The notes under the pieces: model-generated | Databases searched by the model: none | What the model was told of the DNA's origin: nothing | The model's input: only the letters and a program-made list of their open reading frames with translations | Part shown: piece after piece, positions 52,482-61,976 of the stretch | How the letters are laid out: the number at the start of each line of letters is the position of its first letter | How positions within the stretch are numbered: position 1 is the first letter of the stretch | Position numbers and translations under genes: made by a program | NCBI GenBank assembly: GCA_047602405.1 | Contig: JASGHJ010000001.1 | Location: forward strand, 1,056,001-1,120,000 | Direction of reading: 5' to 3' | Origin: Anaeromyxobacteraceae bacterium | GTDB lineage: Bacteria; Myxococcota; Myxococcia; Myxococcales; Anaeromyxobacteraceae | DNA length: 64,000 nt

Positions 52482-52579
52482 ATCGCCTGGTCTAGCACCC
52501 GTATCCTGTCAGATAAAGTCGGTTGGCGCCGAGGGACCGCTTGTCCCGGGAACCGCGCGTAGAATCAGGGAGAACGCAC

Positions 52580-52598
52580 CTGGCACGCCCGCTGCTCT
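52580..52598 (+). promoter_or_regulatory. sigma54 promoter of rtcBA with upstream TATC-N6-GATA putative RtcR site (52502-52515)
   Basis: TGGCACG-N4-CTGCT; divergent from rtcR. Confidence 0.88.
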
Positions 52599-52608
52599 CT
52601 AGGCTGGC

Positions 52609-53859
52609 ATGGAGACCGCCATCACCGAGACGCGCGAGCGCACCCACGAGGTCCAGGACGTGCCGGGGGGCGTGCCGGTCCGCTCCTGGACCCTGGGCGT
52701 CCAGTTCGAGGAGAAGGCGCGCGAGCAGGTCCTGCGCGTCGCCGCGATGCCGTTCGTGCACCCCTGGGTGGCCGTGATGCCCGACGTGCACGCAGGGATC
52801 GGCGCCACGGTCGGCTCGGTCATCCCGACGGCGGGCGCGATCATCCCGGCTGCGGTCGGGGTCGACATCGGCTGCGGGATGATGGCGGTGCGGACCACGC
52901 TCACCGCTGCCGATCTCCCCGCCGACCTGAGGCCGCTCCGCGAGACGATCGAGCGCGCGGTCCCCCACGGTCGGACGAACCACGGCGCTCGCGGCGACAA
53001 GGGCGCGTGGCACAACCCGCCCGAGCGCGTGACCGCGGCCTGGGCACGCCTCGAGCCGGGGTACCAGACGCTCGTCGCGCGGGTGCGCAAGCTCGATCGC
53101 GGCGCGACGCTCGAGCACCTGGGGACGCTCGGGACGGGGAACCACTTCATCGAGGTGAACCTCGACGAGGCGGCGCAGGTCTGGTTCATGCTGCATTCCG
53201 GCTCGCGGGGGGTCGGGAACCGCATCGGCACGGACTACATCGAGCTCGCGAAGCGGGAGGCGAAGCGCTGGTACCTCGACCTTCCCGATCCCGACCTCGC
53301 GTACTTTCCGGAAGGCACGGAGCTCTTCGAGGACTACCTGCGCGCGGTGACCTGGGCGCAGGAGTACGCGGCGACGAACCGCGAGCTCATGATGGAGGCG
53401 GTCGTGGAGACGCTGAAGCGCTGCGGGCGTCTCCCGCCGTTCGAGCTCGAGGGAGCGCGCGTGAACTGCCACCACAACTACGTGGCGCGCGAGAGGCACT
53501 ACGGGAAGAGCGTCCTCGTGACCCGCAAGGGCGCCGTGCGGGCCGGCCCCGGTGACCTCGGGATCATCCCGGGCTCGATGGGGGCGCGGTCGTACATCAC
53601 CCGCGGGCTCGGGAACCCGGAGGCGTTCATGAGCTCGAGCCACGGAGCGGGCCGGGCGATGTCTCGCACCGCGGCGAAGAAGGCATTCACCCTCGAGGAC
53701 CACGCCCGCGCCACCGCGGCCGTGGAGTGCCGCAAGGACGCCGAGGTGATCGACGAGACGCCGGCGGCGTACAAGCCCATCGACGCCGTGATGCACGCGC
53801 AGCGCGACCTCGTCGAGGTCGTCCACACGCTGCGCCAGGTGATCTGCGTGAAGGGATAG
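52609..53859 (+). CDS. rtcB: RNA ligase RtcB
   Basis: MPDVH.G.GATVG, VGVDIGCG, GTGNHFIE, HSGSRG, HHNY, PGSMG, HGAGR, YKPI. Confidence 0.97.
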   Translation: METAITETRERTHEVQDVPGGVPVRSWTLGVQFEEKAREQVLRVAAMPFVHPWVAVMPDVHAGIGATVGSVIPTAGAIIPAAVGVDIGCGMMAVRTTLTAADLPADLRPLRETIERAVPHGRTNHGARGDKGAWHNPPERVTAAWARLEPGYQTLVARVRKLDRGATLEHLGTLGTGNHFIEVNLDEAAQVWFMLHSGSRGVGNRIGTDYIELAKREAKRWYLDLPDPDLAYFPEGTELFEDYLRAVTWAQEYAATNRELMMEAVVETLKRCGRLPPFELEGARVNCHHNYVARERHYGKSVLVTRKGAVRAGPGDLGIIPGSMGARSYITRGLGNPEAFMSSSHGAGRAMSRTAAKKAFTLEDHARATAAVECRKDAEVIDETPAAYKPIDAVMHAQRDLVEVVHTLRQVICVKG

Positions 53860-53862
53860 CCG

Positions 53863-54894
53863 ATGGCGACGCTCGAGATCGACGGGGCGCAGGGCGAGGG
53901 CGGGGGCCAGCTCCTCCGATCCTCGCTCGCCCTCTCCCTCGTCACCGGGACACCATTCCGCATCGTGAACATCCGCGCCGGGCGGCGCCGGCCGGGGTTG
54001 ATGCGCCAGCACCTGACGGCGGTCCTCGCGGCGGCCGAGGTGGGCCAGGCGCAGGTGTCCGGCGCGGACATCGGATCTCGCGAGCTCACCTTCGAGCCCG
54101 GCGCGGTCCGCCCTGGCGAGTACGCCTTCTCCGTGGGCACCGCCGGCAGCGCGACGCTCGTCCTCCAGACCGTGCTTCCCGCGCTCGCGCTCGCGAAGGG
54201 CCGCTCGAGCGTCACCGTGGAGGGTGGCACCCACAACCCGATGGCGCCGCCGTTCGACTTCCTCGCCCGCGCCTTCCTGCCCCTCGTGTCGCGGATGGGC
54301 CCGCGGTTCGAGGCGGTCCTCGACCAGCCGGGCTTCTATCCGGCCGGGGGCGGCCGCCTGCGGGTGGCCATCGAGCCGGCGGCGGGCTTCGGCCGGCTCG
54401 AGCTGCGCGAGCGCGGGGAGGTGAAGGCCCGACGGGCGACAGCGGTCGTCGTGATTCTGTCGCGCACGATCGCGGAGCGCGAGCTCGCGGCCGTGCGCCA
54501 GCGGCTCGGCTGGGAGGAGTCCGCGCTCCGGATCGAGTCGGTCGGGAGGGCGGCAGGGCCGGGAAACGTCGTGACGGTCGAGGTCGAGAGCGAGCACGTG
54601 ACCGAGGTCTTCACCGCCTTCGGCGAGCGCGGCGTGTCGGCGGAGCGCGTGGGGTCCACGGTCGCCGACGAGGCGGCGGCGTACCTCGCGGCGGGCGTGC
54701 CGGTGGGGCCACACCTAGCCGACCAGCTCCTCCTCCCCATGGCGCTCGGCGAGGGCGGCGTGTTCCGCACGCAGCGCCTCACCGGCCACACGCGCACGCA
54801 CATCGCGCTGCTCCGGGCGTTCCTCGGCGCCGAGATCCAGGTGCGCGAGCTGGGGGACGCCGTGCGGGAGCTCGAGGTGCCCCCACGGAGATGA
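53863..54894 (+). CDS. rtcA: RNA 3'-terminal phosphate cyclase
   Basis: GEGGGQLLR, RPGLMRQH, GGTHNP, GFYPAGGG, HLADQL. Confidence 0.97.
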   Translation: MATLEIDGAQGEGGGQLLRSSLALSLVTGTPFRIVNIRAGRRRPGLMRQHLTAVLAAAEVGQAQVSGADIGSRELTFEPGAVRPGEYAFSVGTAGSATLVLQTVLPALALAKGRSSVTVEGGTHNPMAPPFDFLARAFLPLVSRMGPRFEAVLDQPGFYPAGGGRLRVAIEPAAGFGRLELRERGEVKARRATAVVVILSRTIAERELAAVRQRLGWEESALRIESVGRAAGPGNVVTVEVESEHVTEVFTAFGERGVSAERVGSTVADEAAAYLAAGVPVGPHLADQLLLPMALGEGGVFRTQRLTGHTRTHIALLRAFLGAEIQVRELGDAVRELEVPPRR

Positions 54895-54950
54895 GGGGCA
54901 ATTGCCTGCTGGAGCCGCGAGGGCGCGGCGCGGCCTCGCCGTCCGGCCGC

Positions 54951-55511
54951 TCACGCCTCCCGCGCCACCGCCACCCCGACCTTCCGCCCCGCGACCGCCC
55001 TGACCGCGAGCACCGCCCCGTGGGCCCCCGCGGCGACGAGCACCGAGACGAGCAACCCGGGCTGGTTCACCATCAGGAAGAGCGTCGCGATGCCGTTCGC
55101 GAGCAGCGCGTCGGCGCCGCGGTTCCAAGGCGCCGCGTGCCGGAGGGCGTCGAGCGCCGGCGGGATCGGGCCGCGGGGCGCCGCGACGGCGGCCGCGGCG
55201 AGCTGCTTGCCGGCGCGCGCGACGATGGCCATCGCGATGACCGCGCTCGCGACGAAGAGCGCCGCGGAGACCTCGAGCCAGCCCTCGCCCCAGCGGCCCT
55301 CGGCGAGCCAGAGGCCGGTCGCGAGGACCACGAGCGACGCGAGCGGGTTCAGCTTCGCGGAGTCGCGCGCGAAGCCGAGCCAGGGCAAGAGCGCCTCGAC
55401 GGTGGGCGCGCGCTTCACGGCCGCGTGGACGAGCGGCGAGGCGAGGCCGTGGCCGACGAGCGCGGTCGCGCCGAGGATGTGGAGGAAGACGACGATGGTG
55501 AACGGGCTCAT
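54951..55511 (-). CDS. DUF2269-like membrane protein
   Basis: FLHIL N-terminus, multiple TM segments, LFLMVNQP. Confidence 0.65.
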   Translation of the reverse strand: MSPFTIVVFLHILGATALVGHGLASPLVHAAVKRAPTVEALLPWLGFARDSAKLNPLASLVVLATGLWLAEGRWGEGWLEVSAALFVASAVIAMAIVARAGKQLAAAAVAAPRGPIPPALDALRHAAPWNRGADALLANGIATLFLMVNQPGLLVSVLVAAGAHGAVLAVRAVAGRKVGVAVAREA

Positions 55512-55697
55512 CTCGAGGGACCTCGCAGGGGAACGGGTTTCGGTGTGGCGAGGTCTACGCCTCTCCCGGCGGGCGATTTCCTCAGAGCTCGCTCGCGGAA
55601 CCTTAAGAATTCCCTATCCGGGACCCGCCCGGGGCCGTCACGTGGCGGGCCGAGACCGGTTCCGTCTTCGGGCCTCGTGTGGCCCGGGGGATCTCGC

Positions 55698-56363
55698 ATG
55701 GCTCATCGAAGGTCGATCGCGCTCGCCGCCGCCGCGTGGGCCGTCCTCGCCTCGCCTCTCGTCGCGCGCGGCGAGGAGTACGACTGGCTCACGCTCCAGG
55801 CCGGGAAGTTCACCGGCCACTCCAGCACCACCGGGGACCGGGACCTCACCCAGACGCAGTTCGGCGTGCGCCTGCACACCGGGATCGGGGACACGCCCTT
55901 CTGGGAGAACGTGAGCGAGGTCGCGGTCCTGAAGTGCCAGTCGGGCTGGTTCGCCGACTTCGACTTCCTCGCCACCTGGCAGTTCAACGTGGGCAGCCTG
56001 TGGCTCCAGCCCGCGATGTCGGTGGGGATTCCGATCGGGATGGTCGGCAACCCCTACTACTTCAGCGGCTGGGACGTCACCTGGGGTGGAGGCCTCACCG
56101 CCCGCATGCCCGTGGGACCGCTGAAGCTCGAGGCGCGCGGGCAGGCGTCCTTCAACTTCCTCTCGTACCTCTCGAAGCTCAACGGCGACCCGTACGACGC
56201 CGGCGGCGACGGCCGGCCCGGGCCCCACGGCGCCATGCTGCTCTACCGGGTCGTCGCCGCGGCCTGGATCCCGCTCGGCCGGCAGGAGCTGCGCCTCGAG
56301 GTCCGGCGCGACAGCTTCAACAAGTTCCGGATGACCGGGGCCAGCCTCGGCATGGCGTTCTAG
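55698..56363 (+). CDS. Probable small outer-membrane beta-barrel
   Basis: Signal peptide, aromatic amphipathic strands, C-terminal Phe. Confidence 0.65.
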   Translation: MAHRRSIALAAAAWAVLASPLVARGEEYDWLTLQAGKFTGHSSTTGDRDLTQTQFGVRLHTGIGDTPFWENVSEVAVLKCQSGWFADFDFLATWQFNVGSLWLQPAMSVGIPIGMVGNPYYFSGWDVTWGGGLTARMPVGPLKLEARGQASFNFLSYLSKLNGDPYDAGGDGRPGPHGAMLLYRVVAAAWIPLGRQELRLEVRRDSFNKFRMTGASLGMAF

Positions 56364-56399
56364 ACCGGGAGTCCGGTAGGCTCCTCCGAGGAGCCCGCC

Positions 56400-56789
56400 A
56401 TGACGAACCGGACCTCGCTCGCGCTCCTCCTCGCGCTCGCCGCCCCGGGCTGCATCGAGTCCGAGACCGCGTGCGACTGCGCGCCGTGCCCCCCGCCGTA
56501 CGCGACCGTGAGCGTCTCGGACGCGGCGACGGGCGGCCCGGTCGCGGGCGCGAGCGTCATGGGCGGCGGCGTGGCCTGGCTCTGCGCGCCGGACGCGGGC
56601 AAGACGCTCTGCACGCCCGCCGGTCCGCTCGAGGGCGGGGCGCCCATCGCGCTCACCGTGAGCGCGCCCGGCTACGCGCCGGGCGGCACCGCGGTCGTCG
56701 CCACGTATCCGCACCCCACGCGCGGCACCTGCTGCGGCGGGTGCGCGACCTACGCGGCGGCGCCGGTCGCGCTGCAGGCGCTCCCGTGA
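56400..56789 (+). CDS. Cys-rich lipoprotein (carboxypeptidase regulatory-like fold)
   Basis: APGC lipobox; VSDAATGGPVAGASV...VSAPGY. Confidence 0.65.
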   Translation: MTNRTSLALLLALAAPGCIESETACDCAPCPPPYATVSVSDAATGGPVAGASVMGGGVAWLCAPDAGKTLCTPAGPLEGGAPIALTVSAPGYAPGGTAVVATYPHPTRGTCCGGCATYAAAPVALQALP

Positions 56790-57316
56790 GCGCGCGGCCG
56801 AACCCGGCGCTCGAGGCCGCGCTCTGGTACGCCGTGGCCGGGCTGGCGGGGTGGCTCGCCCATGGCTGGGCGCCGGCGCAGCCCGACGCGGCCGCGCTCG
56901 GCCTCGCGGCGTCCCTCGCCTGCCAGGCCGCGTTCGTGCTCGCGTCGCTGGCGCTTCAGCGCCTCCTCGGCGGCCCCGGTCCCGTGCGCCGGGGCCTGCT
57001 CGTCGGGCTGGCGCTCCTCTCGGCGCCGGTCGTCTTCGCGGCCGGGCCGCACGCCGCCGCGATCCCCTGGGGCGCCTGGCTCGTCGCCCTCGGCGCGCTC
57101 GCGCGCCGCGCCGGCCTCGCGACACGGGGCCTCGTCGCGCTCCTCTGGCTCGGCGGTCTCGCCCAGGCCGTGGACGGGCTCCTCTCGCTGCGCGTGCCGG
57201 ACACCGCCATCCTGGTGGCGCCGCTCCTCGGCCTCGCGATCGGCGCCGGACAGCTCACGGTCCTCGCCTGGCTCCTCTGGCTCGGACTCCGCGCGCGTCG
57301 CGACCCGGCGACCTGA
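56786..57316 (+). CDS. Hypothetical multi-pass membrane protein
   Basis: GTGA overlap; highly hydrophobic. Confidence 0.6.
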   Translation: MSARPNPALEAALWYAVAGLAGWLAHGWAPAQPDAAALGLAASLACQAAFVLASLALQRLLGGPGPVRRGLLVGLALLSAPVVFAAGPHAAAIPWGAWLVALGALARRAGLATRGLVALLWLGGLAQAVDGLLSLRVPDTAILVAPLLGLAIGAGQLTVLAWLLWLGLRARRDPAT

Positions 57317-57442
57317 CCCGGTCGCCACCCCCGAGGCCCGAGTCCGGCCACCCGCAGTGGACCCCATCGGGCCGGCGGGGCCGTGTCGATCGGGTTGCGT
57401 CCCGCCCGACGTACGGGCACACGACGCAGCCTGGGAGCCACC

Positions 57443-58024
57443 ATGCGAAAGCTCATCGTTCACGAGTTCATGACGCTCGACGGCGTCATGCAGGCGCCGG
57501 GCGGCGAGGACGAGGACCGCGACGGCGGATTCACGCACGGCGGCTGGGTCGCCCGGAGCTTCCACGAGGAGATCGGGAAGACCTTCGGAGGGCTGATGCA
57601 GGGCGTGGACGCCTTCCTGCTCGGCCGGCGGACCTACCTCGGCCACGCCGGCGCCTTCGAGCCGATGCCGGCCGGCGACTTCTTCGGCGACCTCATGAAC
57701 GCGCCCAGGAAGTACGTCGTCTCGAGGACGATCGAGAAGCCGACCTGGCGCGACACGACCATCGTCCGCGAGGATCCGGTCGCCTTCACCCGCACGCTCA
57801 AGACGCAGCCGGGCGGCACCATCCTCATCGACGGCTCGAGCCCGCTCGTCCACGCGCTCCTCGGGGCGAACCTCGTGGACGAGCTCCACCTGACGACGTT
57901 CCCGCTGGTGCTCGGCCAGGGGAAGCGCGTCTTCCCGGCGGGCTGGAGCGGGACGCTCACGCTCGAGGCGGCGCGGCCGTATCCGAACGGCGCGGTCCAC
58001 CTGCACTACCGGTCGACGCGCTGA
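57443..58024 (+). CDS. RibD C-terminal / dihydrofolate reductase-family protein
   Basis: FMTLDGVMQAPGG, LLGRRTY, KYVVSRT, LVDEL, PLVLGQGKRVF. Confidence 0.9.
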   Translation: MRKLIVHEFMTLDGVMQAPGGEDEDRDGGFTHGGWVARSFHEEIGKTFGGLMQGVDAFLLGRRTYLGHAGAFEPMPAGDFFGDLMNAPRKYVVSRTIEKPTWRDTTIVREDPVAFTRTLKTQPGGTILIDGSSPLVHALLGANLVDELHLTTFPLVLGQGKRVFPAGWSGTLTLEAARPYPNGAVHLHYRSTR

Positions 58025-58157
58025 CGGGCGGGCGGACGCGAGGCCGCCCGATGGTGCGACGCGCCATCGCGGGAACGAGCGCCGGGTCCGGCCCGGACGG
58101 ACCGTAAGCGTGCCGGGTACTGGCGTGGGCGCCCACCTTGGATTACATCAGCCCGCC

Positions 58158-58553
58158 GTGTACATCCTCCGCCAGGAGCCGGGCGACGCGCTCGTGCTCG
58201 ACTCGATCGACGGCCACGCCGGGACCCGGCTGCGGATCGTCAACTTCGCCGGCTCCGAGGCGCCCGAGCTCGAGCTGCCCGCGCGCGGACGCTGTCCGGT
58301 CGCGCCGACGCTCCCGCCGATCCGCGCGCTGCGCATCCTGAAGCGCCCCGGGCTGCTCCGGACCTCGCTCACCGCGGACGGCACGCTCGAGGTGAGCGGC
58401 CGCCCCGAGCTGCTCGCGCTCTACGCCGAGGCCTTCACCTTCGCGCCGCACGCCGACGGCGACGAGCACGTCCCCGAGCACGCCTTCCGGGACATGCTCG
58501 AGGACGGCTCGCTCTCGGTCGTGGTCCGCGCCGAGGAGGACCTCGCGCGCTGA
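58158..58553 (+). CDS. Hypothetical protein
   Basis: ORF with coding bias directly upstream of the acetyltransferase; start uncertain. Confidence 0.55.
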   Translation: MYILRQEPGDALVLDSIDGHAGTRLRIVNFAGSEAPELELPARGRCPVAPTLPPIRALRILKRPGLLRTSLTADGTLEVSGRPELLALYAEAFTFAPHADGDEHVPEHAFRDMLEDGSLSVVVRAEEDLAR

Positions 58554-58561
58554 CCCCACGG

Positions 58562-59344
58562 GTGCCCACGCCCGCGCCCCTCGCGATCGAGGCCGTCGCC
58601 GCCCAGCTGCGCGCGCTCGGCGTGGCGCCCGGCGGTGTGCTCCTCGTGCACGCCTCCTTCCGCGCGGTGCGGCCGATCGAGGGGGGGCCGGCCGGGCTCC
58701 TCGAGGCGCTCCGCCGCGCGCTCGGCCCCGAGGGAACGCTGGTGCTGCCGTCGTGGACCGGCGAGGACGACGCGCCCTTCGACCCCGCGGCGACGCCCGC
58801 GGCCGGGGACCTCGGCGTGCTCGCCGACACGTTCTGGCGGCTGCCCGGCGTGACCCGGAGTGATCACCCGTTCGCGTTCGCGGCGGCGGGGCCCAGGGCA
58901 CGCGCGATCGTGGAGGGGCCGCTGCCGCTCCCGCCGCACGCCCCGGGCAGCCCGGTGGACCGGGTCCAGGAGGCCGGCGGGCAGGTGCTGCTCCTCGGCG
59001 TGGGCCACGACGCCGACACGACGCTCCACCTCGCGGAGCTGCTCGGCGGTGCGCCGTACCGGGTGCCCAGGCGGATCACGGTGCGCGAGGGTGGCCGGGT
59101 GCGGACGATCGCCTACGGCGAGAACGACTCCTGCTGCGCGCGGTTCGCGCTCGCGGACGGCTGGCTCCGCGCGCGGGGGGCGCAGGCCGAGGGGCCGGTC
59201 GGGCACGGCGTGGCCCGGCTCGCCCGCGCGCGCGACGTCCTGGCCGTCGCGCTCGAGGCGCTCGCCCGGGATCCGCTCGTCTTCCTGCACGCGCCCGGCG
59301 ACGGCTGCGCGGACTGCGACGCGGCGCGCGCGACGTCGCGCTGA
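58562..59344 (+). CDS. Aminoglycoside 3-N-acetyltransferase, AAC(3)-IV-like
   Basis: GGVLLVHASF, TFWRLP, HPFAFAAAGP, PLPLPPH, LLGVGHDADTTLHLAE, ENDSCC.RF, C-terminal C.DCDAAR. Confidence 0.9.
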   Translation: MPTPAPLAIEAVAAQLRALGVAPGGVLLVHASFRAVRPIEGGPAGLLEALRRALGPEGTLVLPSWTGEDDAPFDPAATPAAGDLGVLADTFWRLPGVTRSDHPFAFAAAGPRARAIVEGPLPLPPHAPGSPVDRVQEAGGQVLLLGVGHDADTTLHLAELLGGAPYRVPRRITVREGGRVRTIAYGENDSCCARFALADGWLRARGAQAEGPVGHGVARLARARDVLAVALEALARDPLVFLHAPGDGCADCDAARATSR

Positions 59345-59387
59345 CCGCGCGCGGAGTGGTGGACCCCGGCCGGCCTTCCGGGCGAAC

Positions 59388-60158
59388 ATGCCGCCCGCCA
59401 TGGCCTCCGAGGTCCCGACCGCGCTCGTCGTGCCCTGCTTCAACGAGGCCTCGCGCCTCGACGCCGGCGGGTTCGCGCGCCTCCTCGACCTCGCGCCGGC
59501 GCTCACGCTCTGGTTCGTCGACGACGGCTCCACCGATCGCACCGTGGACGTGCTCGAGCGAGCCGCGGCGCTCCGGCCGGGCCGGGCGCGGGTGCTGCGC
59601 CTCGAGCGGAACGGCGGGAAGGGCGAGGCGGTCCGGGCGGGCCTGCGGGCGGCGCTCGAGGCGGGCGCGGCGATCGTCGGCTACGCGGACGCGGACCTCT
59701 CGACGCCGCCCGAGGAGCTCGCCCGCCTCGCGGGGCTCGCCACGGCCTCGCGCGCGCAGGTCACGCTCGGCTCGCGCGTGCTGCTCCTCGGCCGTCACAT
59801 CGAGCGGCAGGCCTCGCGCCACTACCTCGGCCGCGTCTTCGCGACCGTGGCCTCCGTGGCGCTCGCGATCCCGGTCTACGACACGCAGTGCGGCGCGAAG
59901 TACTTCCGCGCCGGGCCCGCGCTCGACCGCGCGCTCGGCACCCCGTTCCGCACGCGCTGGGTGTTCGACGTGGAGCTCCTCGCGCGGCTGCTCCGCGGCG
60001 GCGGGCCTGCGCTCCGGGTCGAGGACCTCGTCGAGGAGCCGCTGCTCGCCTGGCGCGACGCGGGCGACTCGCGCCTGTCGGCGCTCGCGATGCTGCGCTC
60101 CGGGCTGCAGGTGATCGGGCTCGCGGTGAGGCTGCGCACCGGCGGCTCGCCGTTCTGA
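59388..60158 (+). CDS. Polyprenyl-phosphate glycosyltransferase (GT2, DPG-synthase-like)
   Basis: VPCFNE, VDDGSTD, NGGKGEAV, DADLS, DTQCGAK, FDVE. Confidence 0.88.
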   Translation: MPPAMASEVPTALVVPCFNEASRLDAGGFARLLDLAPALTLWFVDDGSTDRTVDVLERAAALRPGRARVLRLERNGGKGEAVRAGLRAALEAGAAIVGYADADLSTPPEELARLAGLATASRAQVTLGSRVLLLGRHIERQASRHYLGRVFATVASVALAIPVYDTQCGAKYFRAGPALDRALGTPFRTRWVFDVELLARLLRGGGPALRVEDLVEEPLLAWRDAGDSRLSALAMLRSGLQVIGLAVRLRTGGSPF

Positions 60159-60195
60159 GCTTCACGGGGAGCACGGCGCCCCCACCCCGGCAGCA

Positions 60196-61845
60196 TCACC
60201 GGAGCCCCTCGGGCGCCGGCGGCCCGGTCCACGTGCCGCGCGCACGACGCTCGTAGACGGTGACGAGCGGCACGCCCATCCGCGTGACGGCGTGGATCGG
60301 CCGGCCCATCTCCGGCAGGCAGCGGTAGCGCGGGGTCGCGACGAGGAGGTCCGGGTCGGCGTCGAAGCGCACGACCACGAAGGGCCCCGTGGGCTGCGCC
60401 TCCTCCAGCCAGTAGCCGACGAGGAACTCCGCCGCGCAGTCCGCGACGCGCACCGGGCCCGACGGGCGGTAGTGCCGGACGACGTCCTCGATCGCCTGCC
60501 GGTAGCTCTGGCCCCAGTAGTCGGTCTCGAACCGGCCCGCGGCGCCGGGGAGCCCGCCGACCGTGACGCGGTTGAAATAGACGGTCTCGTACGGGTGGAG
60601 CCGGGCCATGTCGACCGCGGTCAGCGCGAGCGAGCCCGCGACGGCGGCGGCGAGCGCGAGGCGCGCCGGGCGCGGCACCATGCGGTCACCGAGGAACCGC
60701 ACGAGCCCGGCCGCCATCAGCACCGCGAGCGGCGGCAGCACGAACAGGAACTGCCGGTGCCCGTCGTACATCACCGGGCGGAGCAGGAGGACCGTGAGGA
60801 ACGGGAACGCGACCGCGAAGCCGACCGCGCCGAGGTCGAGCGCGGCGCGGAGCGGGCCCGCGCCGTGGTGGCCGGGCGCGGGCGCACGCGCCACGTGCCG
60901 GCGCAGCGCGAGGCCCATCGCGGCCGCGCCGGCGAGGAGCGCGAGGAGGTGCGCCTCCGGCAGCGTGATGGTGAACCAGGTCGGCAGGTAGCGGAGCGGC
61001 AGCCGGAGCGCCCAGACCTGCTGGCCGTCGAAGAGCACGTTGCCGTTCCAGTCGAACCGCGTCGCGGCGCGGATCGCCTCGAACGGGCGCGTGAACGGCC
61101 CCTCGAGCGCCCAGGGCCAGCACGCGAGCATCACCGGCCAGGCGACCGCGACCACCGCGAGGAGCCGGGGCGCGAGCGCGCGCGCGGCGGCGAGCGCGGG
61201 CCGCGGGCCGCGCCACGGCAGGAGCGCGGAGGCCGTCCAGAGGAGCCCGACGTAGCCGAGGAGGAACGCGCCGCCCACCCGCACGCCGAGCGCGGCGCCG
61301 GTGGCGAGGCCCGTGAGCACGACGAGCCGCCACGGCACGCGCGGCGCCTCGTGCGCGGCGCGCACCATCGCGAGGAGCGCCAGGGTCGCGAAGGCCGCGA
61401 ACGGCACGTCCTTCGGGTTCGCGAAGGTGTGCCCGTACCACGCCGGCACGAGCGCGAGGAGGAGCGCCGCGAGGAGCCCGGCCGCCTCGCCTGCGACGAG
61501 CGCGCCGAGGCGCCAGGTGGCCGCGACGCCGGCGAGCCCGAGGAGCGCGCTCGCGAGGTGCCGCGTCTCGTAGACGCCGAAGGGCGAGGCGCGCGCGAGG
61601 AGGTTGGCCGGGACGTCGAAGAGCCCGCCGTAGAGCCAGAGGTTCGAGAACGTCATCGCCGACCGGTCGGTGAACCCGGACGCCCACCAGCGGATGACGT
61701 GGTCGCCGTAGCGGCGCTGGAGCTCCTCGTCCCAGACCGTCCCGTACCCGCGGAACGTGGCGAGGACGAGCGCGAGGAGGAGGCCGAGGAGGGCCAGCCC
61801 GGCAAGCCGCCACCGGTGGCCCGTGATGGCATCGCGTTCGACCAT
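60196..61845 (-). CDS. GT-C (ArnT/PMT-like) membrane glycosyltransferase
   Basis: WDE loop, multi-pass TM, NPKDVPF, YDGHR, ETDYWG. Confidence 0.8.
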   Translation of the reverse strand: MVERDAITGHRWRLAGLALLGLLLALVLATFRGYGTVWDEELQRRYGDHVIRWWASGFTDRSAMTFSNLWLYGGLFDVPANLLARASPFGVYETRHLASALLGLAGVAATWRLGALVAGEAAGLLAALLLALVPAWYGHTFANPKDVPFAAFATLALLAMVRAAHEAPRVPWRLVVLTGLATGAALGVRVGGAFLLGYVGLLWTASALLPWRGPRPALAAARALAPRLLAVVAVAWPVMLACWPWALEGPFTRPFEAIRAATRFDWNGNVLFDGQQVWALRLPLRYLPTWFTITLPEAHLLALLAGAAAMGLALRRHVARAPAPGHHGAGPLRAALDLGAVGFAVAFPFLTVLLLRPVMYDGHRQFLFVLPPLAVLMAAGLVRFLGDRMVPRPARLALAAAVAGSLALTAVDMARLHPYETVYFNRVTVGGLPGAAGRFETDYWGQSYRQAIEDVVRHYRPSGPVRVADCAAEFLVGYWLEEAQPTGPFVVVRFDADPDLLVATPRYRCLPEMGRPIHAVTRMGVPLVTVYERRARGTWTGPPAPEGLR

Positions 61846-61976
61846 GGGTCAATCCGGTGGGCGGTCGGTTCAGCGCTGCGTCCGCGTCGATGGGCGAATT
61901 GATCGATTCTGGGGCCGCCCCGACCCCGAACGCCTCCCGGAAGGGTGTAGCCTGGAACGCCGGGGAGGGGAAGCCG

